64,000 bases of DNA from Camelus ferus (GCF_009834535.1 NC_045698.1:684001-748000); one strand, 5' to 3'; counted from the stretch's first letter, positions 1 to 13,480 are shown. The notes: generated by a model not told the origin, from the sequence alone. Program-made: numbers and translations.

Positions 1-237
1 CCTACCCTGCCGTCCCTCTGCTATCTCTGATCCAGCCCCTAGGCCCCTGGGCTCTCCCCAACCCCCACCCCCAGCCCGGCCCGAGATGACTCAGGGCATG
101 GGCAGGGCCAGCACCAGAGCGACCCCGCCCTCTGGCCTCCTTGTACGTTCACAGGAGTGAGTGGACTTGACGCCACTGTACTGCACACTCGCATACGGTT
201 AACATGGCCAATTTTATGTTATGCGTGCAGGGAGCGA

Positions 238-310
238 GAGGGCCACCATCACCGAGGGCCACCATCACCAAGGGCCACTGTCACAGTCACCAGCACAGGG
301 CCGCTGTCAC
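238..310. repeat. Short degenerate 16-bp tandem repeat
   Basis: GAGGGCCACCATCACC x2 followed by degenerate copies (AAGGGCCACTGTCAC). Confidence 0.6.
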
Positions 311-559
311 AGAAAGCCCTCTCCCCAAGAGGGCCACACCTGAGCTCCCGCCATCAGGTCATCCCATCTTCTCCACAGAAGCCTCCCCCCTCGCCCCTGT
401 TGGGGGGCCCCCCAACCACTTCTGCCAGATTCGAATCCATGTTCCACCACGAAAATGTTTCATGTGCCTCAGTCCACCTCTCCCCACACGGCGCACAAGC
501 ATCGCTGCCTCGGTCTCCAGAAGTGTCTCGTCACGCACAGCTGAGGCTCGCCCCACTGG

Positions 560-845
560 ACTGTGACTCCCCGTCCTCTCCCCAGCCCAGGACCACTGTC
601 TGCTCTGGGTCTCTATGGATCTGACTCCTCCAGACCCTTGGGTAAGGGCAGTCCTGCAGTGTTTGTCCTCTTGTGACCAGCTCAGCACAACGTCCTCGGG
701 GTGCACCCCTGCTGCAGCCTGTGTCAGAGGTCCCTTCCTTTTTAAGGCTGAATAACATTCTGCATGTGGACTGGCCACGTTGTGTTTGTCCATCACCCAC
801 GGACGGACGCCTGGGTTGCTTCCTTCTCTTGACCGTTGTGAACAC
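560..845 (-). mobile_element. L1 (L1M-type) 3' fragment
   Basis: TTCCTTTTTAAGGCTGAATAACATTC...TTTGTCCATCA...TGGGTTGCTTCC, typical antisense L1 3' region. Confidence 0.75.
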
Positions 846-2689
846 ATTTTCTTTACCACGTGACTTCCCTTCTGTCAAGTGGTGTGGAACACTTTCCAGG
901 GTATTTGTCTAAGTGAGAAACAGAAGCGTACATACTGCGTTACTATTTTTGTAAGAATCACACGCGCACACACACGACTCTGGGAGGATACGGGAGACAC
1001 CTCGGTTGACAGAGGAAGGGGGCTGATTTCCGCTGGCTGCGCCCTGGACCCTCTAGGTTCCAGCACTGCCGAGACAAAAATACTTCACAACCATTTAAAC
1101 TAAACGGCCGCCGCAGCCAGGAGATAAGCAGGTCACGCTCGGGCGCCCAGGAAGGTGATTTGTGCCCTATTATTACCCACAGCGCAGATAAGGTGAGGGA
1201 GGCCTGTCCCAAGGTCACAGCCGGGGTCCTGTGGCCAGGGGAGAGGCCCCGCGCCCATGGGCTGGGGGCTCCAGGCTGAGTCTCCGTGGGACACACGCGT
1301 GTGTGTCTGTGCGCCGTGGACCCGGGGCTGCGTGGGGGCCGGGGGGCCACAGGCTTGATTCTGCGAAACGTTTCCCAAACTGGCCGAGGTGTCACCGCAT
1401 GTTTTAAACTTCAAATCTGCCTGACGAACTGAACCAGACCACCTCTTCTTCTGCACTTTCTTCCCCACGAAGGGGAGAGAGAGGGAGGGATGCCCCATCA
1501 ACCATCTCCAGGTTGGGGAACTGTCTCTTGGTTTAATCCCCTCGTTCATCTTTGGCGCGACTCACGTGAGAGCGGACCGAGGGCGGTGCTGGTGGGGGCA
1601 GCTGTGTCTGTAGAGAACAGCTTTTTTTGTGTAAATAGTGCACATCATTGATTACTATTTTCTCAGGGCAACGAGCTAAAAATACATTTAAAAAGCCCTG
1701 ATTGCCACTGAAGGGTGCCGAGGTCAAGCGGGCCTCACAGCTCAGAACCACCAAGTCAGCCTGTGCCCAACGCAAGAGACAGACGCTCTCGGAGACAACG
1801 TCCACGGGCCAAAACCTGTGGTCACAGGAGCAGTGAGCTGGGAGGGCAGGCAAAGTCAGGGGACAAGACCTTCTAACGGCGACACTCGTCTTCCGAGGAG
1901 AACGGGGCCACGGAGCAGAGAAGTGAACCAGCAAGGCGCTGCCACCTCAGCCCGGAGGCCAGAGAGGCCAGCGGGCCGGCGGCTGCCGCCCAGACTCAAC
2001 ACCAGCAACGTGGTTGGTAGTCAGAGAGGAAGGCAGAATGAAGACGCTTCCAGGTGGGTGAAACCTGAGAGAGTTCCTCCCAAGCTGAAGGTGGCTGGAA
2101 TGAGGTTCCCAGCAGAAGCACAGAAGCACAGGACAACCAGAGGGTGAGGATGGAGGAAATGCGTCAGAACACGGACCTCGTAAGCCAGCAACAGCCCAGG
2201 GTGCGAGTCTAAGCGGTCGAAGCGTTAAATAGGTTTGTGGAGTTAACACGCAGCAACGTCGGGAGGTGGGGGAGGCCCCGGCTCCTGAGCTCCGGGAGAA
2301 AGTGCTAATTTCCCCAAGCAAGCAGAGGGCAACCCCAGGGAACGAGAGAAAGCGCAGCTGACCAGGTATCAGAGGGAGAGAACCGGAAAGTAAAAAGCAC
2401 ACGCTGACAGCCAAGGAGGCGAGAGGAGGCGAGAGGAGGTGAGAGCGGGGCGCCGTGGGAGGCGAGCCCTTCCGGCTCCTCAGCTCCAGACGGCAGGCCT
2501 GACAGAGCTCCAGCGAGAAGCGGGCGCTGCCACACGGACAGTTATTCTGAGACGCTTTCAGTGGCGGACAGAACAAGTGGGCAGAAGCAAACACACGAGA
2601 AAACCAAGCTCAGCAGAGACAAAGTCGTGAACCACACACACGTGTAACGAGAGTGACAGGAGAACGCGCACAGAGGGCTGAAGACGCTC

Positions 2690-3290
2690 AGAAGTGGCCC
2701 TCTTTGGATACAGGGCCATTACAGATGCAAGGCCAGGTCTTGGGGACTCTGGGGCCCTGATCCAACACAGTGGGTGGCTTTAAAAGGAGAGATGTGGAGT
2801 CACCAGAGAAACACGGGGCGGGAGGTCAAGTGTCCACAGGGGCTGAGGGTGGAGGGATGCAGCCACAAGCCAGAGATGCCTGGAGCCACACGGGGCTGGA
2901 GGAGGGGCTGGAGGAGGGGCTGGAGGAGGGGCAGGAAGAGGGGCAGGAGGAGGGGCAGGAGGAGGGGCTGGAGGCGGGGCAGGAGGCGGGGCAGGAGGCG
3001 GGGCAGGAGGAGGGGCTGGAGGAGGGGCAGGAGGCGGGGCTGGAGGATGGGCAGGAGGAGGGGCAGGAAGAGGGGCTGGAAGAAGGTCAGGAGGCAGGGC
3101 TGGAGGCGGGGCAGGAAGAGGGGCAGGAGGAGGGGCTGGAGGAGGGGCTGGAGGCGGGGGCAGGAAGACCCTCCCCCGGGCCTCCGCTTGATTCAGGAGT
3201 TGTAGCTTCCAGACTGAGAGGATGCGTTTATATTGTTTCAAACTACCAGTTTGTGGTCATTTGTTATGGTAGTTTTAAGAACTTGATACA
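2690..3290 (+). mobile_element. MLT1-like (ERVL-MaLR) LTR containing an internal minisatellite
   Basis: GATGCAGCCACAAGCCAGAGATGCCTGGAGCCAC...CCAGTTTGTGGTCATTTGTTATGGTAG...GATACA. Confidence 0.75.
2893..3156. repeat. 12-bp purine-rich minisatellite, 22 units
   Basis: GGGC(T/A)GGAGG(A/C)G repeated; read as GLEE/GQEE/GQEA x22 in the ORF track. Confidence 0.95.
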
Positions 3291-5558
3291 CATAGTAAGA
3301 AGAGATCATGGAATCACCTCCAGGGTCCCCCGCAGAGGGAAGGGGTGGCCTCCAGGCGCCTGCACCCCAAGCGTCACTGGCCTCAATCAGGGGCCGGGCC
3401 AGGGTCTCCAAAGTCGCCACAGAACAGGCGCGGGAGCGCCCAGAGGCCACGGTCTCGGGAAAAGTCTCCGCGTCGGCTCCAGTGGGCTGCGACCCGCAAG
3501 GTTGCACAGGAAGGAAATAAAAGATTTCGGCTGAGATTACACTCGAAAACACCAGGGAGCCCGGCTTCCAAGCGCGGCATTACTCTTCTGCCCCGAAAAC
3601 CAGGAGATTCAAAAGGAAAAGATGTCCGGCTGTCGGCGGTCGTCAGAGGCTGGGAAGCAGTGCTGCTCACTGTCACCGACTCCTGGCTGGGAGCCCAGGG
3701 GCAAGGTCAGCCCATGTGGGGGGGCGTCCGCGCCAGGGCAGCCCGGGCTCACATCTCCATGTCCCCTAGCAGAGAGAGTTAAAAACCCGAGGAGCTTTTG
3801 ATGGCACCTCCACAATTTCACTTCTGGGCGTGTTTCAGAAGGTGGGCTGAAAAGTCACCTAACACTGTGCTTGTGTGGTTCACAGGAGTCTCGTCTGGTG
3901 CCTTCTGCAGCCGCATCAAGGTGGCCGACTGGCAGCTCCAGAGCCTTCAGAACCTTCCAGAGACCACAGAACTTGACCAGGTGACCGGTGGGGGCCCCCA
4001 GGGGAGGCTGGCTAGAAGGAGGTGCCCCCTCGGCAAGTGTCCTGGGTGGGCAGGCCAGTCTGAAGAGCCTCTGCGGGGTCAGGGGAAACTTGATGGGGGC
4101 CCTGAGCCCTGACACATGGGAGGACCCCCCCATATGGGCAGCAGAGTGGAAGGTCAGCCTGAAGTGAGGGAGGGAGGGGCTCAGCTCAAGTCTCCAAACC
4201 CCCAAGAGTGGACACCTGGTGGACCTTGAGTCGGGTGGTGGGGGGAGGGGTGGGGGTTCCACCCACCCCTGTGTGCAGCCTCGGACACACCTGGACAGGT
4301 GCGAGGAGAGACCCCCAGGCTTCCAGGGCCTGGGGAGGAAGCAGGGGGAAGCAGAGGATAAGGACCACCAGGCGTGAGGGCAAGGGGACATGAGGGGATG
4401 CAGCCATAGCTGGCAGAGAGGGAGGCAGAGCTCAGGCCAGTCTGAGGGGGGTGGTCCAGGGAGCCAGATGGTGGGGGCCAGAGGCCTGGCAAAAATGTGT
4501 CCAGGGAAGTGTTCTGGGGGCTGCAGTGAGCCCAGGGTGGTGGGGTGGGGATGGGGAAGAGACAACCCTGAGTTGAGCTGCAGGGTGAGCAGGATGGGAG
4601 AGGGTCTGGGAGTGAGGGCTGTGAGGCTGGGCTGGAAGCTTCTGGAACACCTCCACAATGCCTGGCCTCTGGGCAGGATCTGAGAGAAACCATGGGTGAC
4701 CAGCAGGGTGCAGCATGGTGGACGGGGGCCCAGAGCAACCCAAGGACAGGAGGCCTCACAGGAGAAAGGCTGCAGGCAGAGCCCGCGCAGCAGGACTCAG
4801 ACCTGACTGGGAGGCGATGGCTTGCACAGTCCTCCCGCCCCCTGCTGGCCATCCTGTCACTCGCCCCACGGCCCCCTGGAGGCCAGACGCCTGGATGCTG
4901 GAGCCTGCAACGGAGGGCCTAGGAGGAGGCCAGTGTCGGCACCACACGTGGAAGATTCTGGAAACTCAACCCCTTGCTGGCCTCACAACATACAGAGCCC
5001 CACACAGCCACCCTCCTTGTTGGCGGTCACCGCGGACCCTGAGGACAGCAGAGGCAGATGGCCCGGGGGCTCCCGGCCTGCTCTGAGCTGGGGCCTTCCC
5101 TGACCTCTCTCACCTCGTGGCCCTCACCTGGACCAGGTATGGTGCCGGCTCCGCCCTGCTCCCCAGCTGGGCCACCTGGGCTCACAGGCAGGCAGCCCGG
5201 CAGCAGCCTCCCAAGTGACAGTGCTTTAGGGCCAACCAGTGGGCCGGGAGGTCACCTGTGCACAGTCCTGTTTTCTCCTCTTTCCTTTCCATGGAGACTC
5301 CAGCTGCTCCCTGGACCCGCCCTTGGGCCACACTTGCCAGTTGTCCCAGCGTCCAGCCTTCTCTAGGGCTCACAGGGCCTCAGGAGGCGGTCCCAGGAGG
5401 AGGCTGGACCCTGCTCTGCTCCCAAGTGGCCCTGGACCACCGCCCCCCTGTCTCCTCCATCAGTTCAGGCCCCTTCTGCTACGCGAGGTCCCAGCCTCCT
5501 TCCCTCCAGGGGTCCTGAAGCCACTCTAGGATGACATCTGTGGTGCAGGCACCAGTAG

Positions 5559-5685
5559 GGGGGTGGCCAGGTAAGCACAGGGCGTTGGTTACATTTGAAT
5601 TTCAGGTAAATACCGAGCTTTTGGGTATGCATGTCCCACAAATCGCCTGCCATGAGAATTACTTGTGGTTGTCTGAAACTTAGCT
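5559..5685. mobile_element. MER53-like hAT DNA transposon remnant
   Basis: GGTGGCCAGGTAAGCACAGG...TACATTTGAATTTCAGGTAAATA...ATGTCCCA...GTTGTCTGAAACT, a quasi-palindromic MITE pattern. Confidence 0.55.
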
Positions 5686-6484
5686 TTCCCAGCTCCTGGC
5701 GTCATCGGCGGGTCTGGCTGCAATACGTGGTGGCGGTGGGGGTGCAGGCAGACAAGCCTGCCCCGGCTTCAGGCCTCTGCGCCCACCTGCCTCTCCCAGG
5801 GGGTGGAAGGTTCTCACGTGTGCTCGTGGCACTCCACCCCACAGCCCCCTACCCAGGGACAATTCGACAAGAGGCGCCCAGCACTCAGGTGCACGTGGTC
5901 ATCTCTTTTCTAGTCAGCAGGCCCTGCTGCAAGACCGGCAAGAGTGCCTGGCCTAGTGCCTCCAGGGCAGGTCCTGAGAGCGGTGCTGGCCTGCCACTGG
6001 GGGGCGCTCGCTGGCTGGCAGCCCCACGGCCGCATCACCGGGAAGCACCTGGAGACGGTCCTCAGCTTCAGCTTGGAGTTTCAAGCTTTCTTCTTCGGTG
6101 GAAGCTCAGAGAACTTAGCGACTGGGGGCTTGGCCCAGGAAGCACGGTGGATTCACACGGCCCAGCTGTCACTCTGTCATTACCTTCCTGAGTACTCCCA
6201 AGGTGAGCCGGGTTACAACCCTGGCCAACAGAGGCAGTGAGCACCTGGACAGGCTGGCTGGGGGTACACAAGTGCAGCGGAGAGAACGCTTGGGGGTGGC
6301 CCCAAACCTGCCCAGCCCTCGGCACCGAGGGTGCTCTCAGGACAGACTCCGGCCACCAGAGAGCAAGTGTCCGGATGCCCTGGAAGCTCCGGGCTGGCGT
6401 TGCTCTGGGGGAACCAGTCCTTAGTCCCCACGCAGCTCCAGTTCCCAGATGCCAGGCCAGTGACACGGTTCCAAAGTGTTCAAA

Positions 6485-7172
6485 ACTTCAACACCTGTTA
6501 GGATGGCTATTATCAAGAAAGCAGACAATAACAGGCGAGGATGTGGAGAGATGGGAACCAGGTGCACTGTTGGAGAGAATGTAAGACGGTGCAGCCACCG
6601 TGGGAAACAGTGTGAAGATCCCTCAAAAGATTAAACACAGAATCACCACTCAGTCTAGCAATCCAGCGCCTGGTATTTACCCAGGAGAACGGCAGGCAGG
6701 GTCTTGGGGAGATAACCGCCCCCACGTTCACAGCAGCGTGTTCCCAGGAGCCGGGAGGCGGGAGCCACCCTGTGTCCATCAGCAGAGGGTGGGCGAACAC
6801 AGCACGGTCCAATCATATGAGGAGATGTTATGCAACCTTAAAGCAGAAGGCAGTTCTGACTCCTGCAGTGACTGGGGGACCCTGAGGACGTGATGCTCAG
6901 TGAAAGAAGCCGGTCACAGCGGGACCCCACTTGCATGAGGGACCCAGGGAACCGGGGTCACAGAGACAGCAGGCAGGTGGTGGGGCCAGGAACGGGCTGG
7001 GGCCGGGGAGTTAGCGTTAATGGGTGCCCCTATCACTCTGGGGAGATGAGAATTTTCTGGAGGTGGTGGTGGCAGCCGCACACTGTGTGACTGTGCTTGA
7101 CCCCACTGAGCTGTGCACAAAAATGGTTGAGAGTGAACTTTATGTTCTGTGTATTTTCACCACAGAAAGAAA
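6485..7172 (+). mobile_element. L1 ORF2 end plus 3' UTR fragment (L1MB-like)
   Basis: TTAGGATGGCTATTATCAAGAAA...GAGGATGTGGAGA...GGAAACAGTGTGAAGATCCCTCAAAAGATTAAAC...AACTTTATGTTCTGTGTATTTTCACCACA. Confidence 0.85.
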
Positions 7173-7624
7173 GCTCTAGCCAGTGGGGGGCTCCTGCAGG
7201 TCCCACCCACCCCCAAGGTGCCCGAGGTCCAGCTGGCTCGGTGAGTGGTCACCAGGAGGCTCTTCTGGCCTCAGCACGCAGCATGGGGCCAGCGAGTCAT
7301 CCCAGGCCCTCAGCCTGGCTCTAGCGCCTGCGGCTGTGGGACTGTCAGCCACCCCCACCCCGTGATGTCCACAGGGTCCCTGCCCTGAGGTGGGCTGTGC
7401 AGTGGGGTCAGCACCTCATTCCTTGCCCCCAGGACCCCTGATTCTCTCCTGAAACTTACTTTCCCTGCTCAGCCAGGCCTGGCTCCCCATCTCCTCACCC
7501 TGAGCCCATCCTTGGGAGGGCCCCACGGCCTCCTTCTGATCAGGCCACTTCCTGCTCCAGTCCCTGCTGACGCCTTGGCCTGTCAGACCCAGGCCAGCTG
7601 CCCACCTGGGCCAACTCAGCCCCA

Positions 7625-8005
7625 ACACACGTGCACACGTGCACACAGACACACACGCACACACACACAAACAGATACACACGCACACACACGTACACAG
7701 ACACGCACACACGTAAACAGACACACATGTAGACATACGTGCACACACATGTAAACAGACACACGTGGCACACATGCACACAGACGCACATGCACACACG
7801 TAAACAGACACACACACAGACATATGTGCACACACATGTACACAAGACACACATGGACACAGAGACACATATGCCCACACAGAGAAGTACACAGGTGTGC
7901 ACACACACAGATGCACAGACACATGGACATACACAGATACCTGCACACACACACACCCACAGGCACACATGTACATGCACAGATAGGCGACACCCCCTAA
8001 CAGAC
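7625..8005. repeat. Degenerate (CA)n low-complexity tract
   Basis: Interrupted CACACA/CAGACA/CATGCA run. Confidence 0.9.
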
Positions 8006-10324
8006 ACCCTCCTTCATCTGGGCGTCGCTCCTGCCCCCCCAGGAGTGCGCATCACCCTCCAGTCCCCTCTCCCCCGGCATCCTCTCTGCGCCGCCATGGG
8101 ACCCACTGCTGCCCAGCGCAGGGAGGTGAGTGGACCCTCTCGGGTGGCAGCTGGGTCAGACCAGGCGTCACAGCCAGACACCAGATGGGGTCGGGCTGCT
8201 CCCCTGGGACAGCTGTGGGAGGACCCTGGGGTCAGTGGTGAGCTGGGGCAGCCCGGGAGGCAGGGCTGGACGAGGGGAAGGAAGAGGCAGCGGCAGAGCC
8301 ACCGCGCCCGGGCCCAAGGGCTGCAGGGAGGATGAGGGCAAAGGGCACCTCCGTCTGCAGGGTGTTTCCACTGCGGGCACACCCAGGGAAAGGGGGACTT
8401 CCTCCCCACACCCGTGGGCCCCCATGGCCGCCAGGGCCCGGCTGCGTGACAGGGCACTGTGTTCCTGTGGCTGCGAGCGGCTTATGACTCAGCGTCCACG
8501 GGCTTCTCTGAGGAGCAGAATGGCACCCTCCAGCCGCAAGGAGGCCAGTGACCTGGGAGAGGGACAGTCAGGGCCCCGAGAGTGAAAGAGAAAGCAGGAG
8601 GCACGTGCCCGCCGCCGCCCGCTTCTCCATCCAGCGGAGCAATCACCCCGGGACTTCTGCAGCGGCGGGGGCGCGGCTCTGGGGTACGTGCCTCTCTCGG
8701 ACGGCAGGCGGGAGCGCCCCACGGGGCCTGGCCTGCAACGTTCCCCTGGTCACTGCGGGGCTCTGTCCCCCCGGTCCCCCTGAAGCACACTCTCTCAACA
8801 GCGGGGTGTCCACCCCCACGGGTGGGCACACGGGTCCCCTCTGGGAACCTAAACACAAGCCAATAACCGAAACATTCGAGTCCAGTAAGACCCAGAGCCC
8901 ACCCTCCTCGCAGCCCCACCGCGCGCCCGAGACACAGTGACAAGGATCCACGGCCCACAGCCTCTGCAGCCACCATCCCCAAAGCCAGACCACAGCCTCA
9001 GCAGCGATGCCTCCCGAAGCTCGGGACTTGCTCAGCGATGCCTCCTCCAGCTCAGGGCCACCCTCGCCTGACCTCAGACGACGCCCACTCCTCACGGCCC
9101 CTCGGCCTCCCCAGGCCACGGCCCCATCGGGACACCTGCACCCCCTCTTGGCGGGGACCCCCTGCCACTCCTCTGCCCGTCGGCCTCTCTGTCAAACGAG
9201 TGGCACGGCAGGGCGACCCCCTCGTCCTGCTAGCTCGGGGGCACGGCCACCACCTACCCACCAGGCGGTCTTCACTCATGTCCACAGCCATGTCCTAAAG
9301 CTGGCACCGCTCCAGGGCCTTTGTCCTTGGTGGACACTGGGCAGCCTAGGGCACTGTTCCTGGAAGCAACCTTTGCAGCCGAGGCCCTTCCTGCTCACTC
9401 CGGAGCGTCACCCGTCAGGACCAAGGGGGAGGCAGCCGCCCAGTCCACCAGCTCCAGGACACAGCGATCCCTTCCCTGCAGGGCCCCAAGCCCGGGGCAG
9501 GTTCACAGGTAGGAACCCTGCAGACAGCATGCCCATGGGGCAGGTGCACACCCCAGAGGCTGGGGTACCCCTTTCTGCAGGCCAGTGTGCACAGGCTCGT
9601 CCATGGAAGGCAGCCTGCCAGGGGGAGACCCAGGCCCATGGGCCTGTGTGGCCCCAGGCTAGTCCTGTGGAGGAAGGCAGCCCCCGTGTCCGCCCGGGCA
9701 GTGTGGCCTGGCAGTCCCTGAGTTAGTCCTGACTGCCCCTCTGAGGGCCCCTGTGGAAGACCGTCTGGGCACCCTTGGCTCATTAACACCCCCAGGCCAG
9801 TGGACACAGGTGGACGGGAATGGAGGTGGGCCACTGGTATTGCCTGCTGGTTCCCCGGTCCCTCCCAGCAGCCCCTCAGAGGTGTCCTTCCTAAACGGGG
9901 GATGGGGGATGGGGGACAGGGCTCAGCCGCCACCCAGAGTGCCCAGCATGGCCTCTGCTCAGGATGGTGGTGCCGCCTGGTCTCCATCTAGTCCAGGGGG
10001 ACAAGAGCTCTCGGGTCTCCAGGCAACGGGAAGACAGCAGCCCGGCCCTGGGGAGGGCTCAGGTGGCCAGCGGGGGAGGGGCCGGGAGCCAGTGGAGGAG
10101 GCTTCAGGGGAGGGAGCGTCGGTCCTGACTGTGTCAGGAGCACCTGACACAGTCCCTGTACATCTGTGATGGCTCAGAGTGACCTCGGGTGGACCACTAT
10201 GGGGAGGCTATTAGGGGAGCCAGCTGGGTGCTCAGGGCAGGGTCACCGAGGAGGCTGAGCCAAGACAGGCCTATCTGGCGGGGGCAGTGGGTGCCTGCGG
10301 CCCTCATCAGCTCAGGCGGAACAA

Positions 10325-10525
10325 ACCGTGTCCTCACGTGGTCATCCCTCTGTGCGCATCTGTGTCCTGGCCTCTCCTTACCAGGACGAGCTGGAAGGGC
10401 CCCCTTGTGACCTCGTTTCCCCTAACAGCCTGTTTAAAGTTCCAGCTCCACAGACAGTGACACGCGGAGCTCCTGGGGTTAGGACTCCTACAGAAGAATT
10501 TGGGGACGTGACTCAGTCCACAGTG
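10325..10525 (-). mobile_element. MLT1-like LTR fragment
   Basis: TGTCCTCACGTGGTCATCCCTCTGTG...GGGGTTAGGACT...GAATTTGGGGAC...CAGTCCACA. Confidence 0.6.
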
Positions 10526-11362
10526 GTCACAGTGGTCACAGCCATCATGGTGTCTCAGGTGTCACTGAGCTAAGGGTGGGTCTGGTGGACCCCCGCTCTC
10601 AGGGTCCCTGGAAGCCCCTCTGGAAGATGAGCCAGCGTGCAGTGTCCCAGAGCTTCCTGGGACACCTGGGCCATACCGGGCATCCTTCCCAAAAGAAGCC
10701 GGAGAAGCTCTGAGCTGTGCGGCATGTGCACCTCCCCCGATTCTCCCACCTCCCAGCCCCGCTCGTCCACCGAGGGCCCCGCCTGCCCTCGAGCTCAGGG
10801 CAGGGGCCCGGGCACCACAACCTGGTGTTGCACAGAGGCTGCCCGAACGGGCCCGCCAGCCACACAGACAGCAAGTCCAAGGGCAGCTGCACAGCAAGAA
10901 AGGACGGCTGCCAGGCTCCCCTCCCCTGCAGGGGCCTCGCCGCCGCCCCACCAGCTCAGTCTGCCCGGCCCAGGGGCATCCTCAGCAGAGGCCCCTTTGA
11001 GTGAAATCCACAAGTCACAAATTCCAACTTTAAACTGGTCCCCCCGCCCCGGACAGTTCTTGGCCTGAGCATCATCACTGCAGTTTGGAGGCAGGAATGC
11101 AAGCACGGAAACGTCGTGGCAGGTGGAGGGTGCGTGGTGGGGACACACAGGATGGTGATTAAATGATGGGGCAGGTTACCTGTAGGCAACTGGAAAGTGA
11201 CGTCCGGGGAGCAGAGGCCACGGCTCTTCACCACCATGACGAGCGCCTGTCCCCCAGTGTCCACACTGGCAGGTCACCAGCTGGGGAGGGGCAAGGTGCA
11301 CACAAAGCCACCCCCAGGAGAGGTTTCCACGGCAGCTGTTTCTAGCACTTTCTTCTCACTGT

Positions 11363-11741
11363 TGTGGTGGTAATTTTATGTGTCACCTTGGCTGGGCCAT
11401 GGTGCCCAGATCTTGGGTCAAGGATTTTTCTGGATGTTTCTGTGAGGTGTTTTTGGGTGAGGTTAACATTTAAATTGGTGGACGGAGTGAGCAGGCTACC
11501 TTCCCTGATGTAGGTGGGCTTCGTCCAATCAGTTGACAGCCTGGACAGAATGGAGGCTGACCTCCCTGAGCAGGGGACCTGTGGACTCAAATGTCAGCCC
11601 TTCCTGATCCTCCAGCCCACTGCCCTCCCTGCAGATTTTGGACTCTCCAAGCCAGGGTCTCATGGACCAGTTCCTTAGAGTAAATCTCTCTCTGTATCCA
11701 CACATACTGCTGGGCTTCTTCTCTGGGCCCAACACTACACA
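11363..11741 (+). mobile_element. MLT2-like (ERVL) LTR
   Basis: TGTGGTGGTAATTTTATGTGTCACCTTGGCTGGGCC...GTCCAATCAGTTGA...CTGCAGATTTTGGACT...TAAATCTCTCTCTGTAT. Confidence 0.85.
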
Positions 11742-12055
11742 TCCCACATCTTGTCTGTGAGCATCGCTGCTCCGTCCTGGCTCTGAGGGAACTTCCCAGA
11801 GCCCTTCAATGCAGGCTCAGCTCCCAGTGGGGATGATGTGGGGCCAGGTTGCTACAAGGCAGGGCTCTGGCTTCCCCACCTGGAGGACGGGGGCCTGAGT
11901 CTGCCCAGCTCTGGAGAACGTCCTGGAGGCCAGCTCCCCTCGTCCCCTTGCTCACTGGGTGGTCACAGGAGATGATGACGTGGTGTGGCCTAGCAACTGT
12001 GCCACTTGAGGACCCAGTGTGATGGTGGCTCTGCTGGGGCAGGAGAAACCTCACT

Positions 12056-12240
12056 CATGCATGTGCACGCCCAGAGACACACGTGCACAAACACACACAC
12101 GTGCACACAGACATGCGTACACACAGAGATATATGTGTGCACATGCACGCAGACGCGTGTTCGCACACATGCACACACACACGTGTGCATAAACACATGC
12201 ACACAGACACGTGTGCATACACACATGCACACAGACACAT
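12056..12240. repeat. Degenerate (CA)n tract
   Basis: Interrupted CA/TG alternating run. Confidence 0.9.
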
Positions 12241-12519
12241 TCCCTGACCAGCTGGAAGGGTCACCCATGGAGTCATTTGAAACAGGAAGGTCCCTGGACA
12301 AACTCACTCCTACAAGAGGCCTGAACTCACACCCTGCAGAGAATAATTCAGATTAGCAAGGACCACTCCTGGGAACGCCTGCGTGGTGCGACTGGATTTA
12401 ATCAATCTGGCCTCTCCCGGAAGACGAGACACAGGGCTCTGTCAGAGGAACAGGTGGGGAGGGGTGTTTCCTCTCAGCCTGGCCCTGCTCTCCTGCTTGC
12501 ACTCTTTTGAGTACTTCCC

Positions 12520-13480
12520 TATATCATGGTAACACACAGACAATATAAAACGGAGCATTTTCAGGCATTTGAAAGGGCCAGCTCAGTGCCGTCAAGCACA
12601 GCCACACCGCTGTGTCACCGCCACCTCTAGAGCCACCTCATCTTCCCAAACTGATGCTCTGTCCTTGTGAAACACTACCCCCCCAGCCCTGGCCCCCACC
12701 AGCCCTCTGTCTCTATGGATCTGGCCTCTCTGGGGACCTCACAGAAACGGGCTCAAACAGGATTTGTGCCTCTGTGACCGGCTTCTTTCACTGAGCAACA
12801 CGGCCTCAAGGTCATCCGTGTGCAGTGTGCCAGAACGTCCTTCCTTTTCAAGGCTGAATAATACTCCACCGCATGGATGGATCACGCTGTGTTTGTCCAT
12901 CACCTGCTGACGGACGCCTGTGTTGTCTCCACGTTCAGCTGCTGGGAGCGACACAGCTGTGCACATGGGGTGCAGGTTCTGTCCATGTCCTCGCTGTCAG
13001 CTCCTCTGTGTGCACACCCAGGAGTGGCATCTCTGAGCCTCATGGTAATTCCCTAACTTTCTGAGGGACTGCCGTGCCCTTTTCCACAGGCCCGTGCCAT
13101 TTTGTGTTCCTGCCAACAGTGCACAGTGCTACTGTTCCTCCACTTCCTTGTCAGCACCTGTTACTTTGTACTTTTTCACAGCAGCCATTCAGGTGGGTGA
13201 GAGGTGGTTTCTCTTTGTGGCACCGGCCTGCACTTCCCTAACGACCAGGGATGCTGCTCACCCTCCCATGTGCATATCAGCCAGCCACGTGTCTTCTCTG
13301 GAGCCAGGTCCATTCAATTCCTCCGGCCACATTTAAGTTGGTTTGCTGTTTGTTGCCGAGCTGTGGGGGCTCTGCCGTGTTTCGGGTACCAACCCCTCAT
13401 CACATGTGCGAGCTGCAGACGTTTCCTCCCTTCTGCGTGTCGTCTTCGGTAGCGTCCTCCGATGCCTGTCTGCAATTTTC
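12520..13480 (-). mobile_element. L1 (L1MB-like) 3' fragment
   Basis: TTCCTTTTCAAGGCTGAATAATACTCC...CACCCAGGAGTGGCAT...CATGGTAATTC...GTCTTCTCTGGAG. Confidence 0.8.

Noticed and set aside
2770..3534. 254-aa Glu/Gly-rich ORF (and overlapping Arg-rich and Pro-rich ORFs) resembling involucrin or protamine
   Set aside because: Artefact of the stop-free 12-bp minisatellite inside an LTR; non-ATG start and no gene structure.
5994..6009. CTCF-like motif CCACTGGGGGGCGCTC
   Set aside because: Mismatch at a core position, and such matches are expected by chance at this GC content.
7416..8335. Cys/Val-rich and His/Thr-rich ORFs (also near 12.1, 45.4 and 55.9 kb)
   Set aside because: Translations of CA/TG low-complexity tracts.
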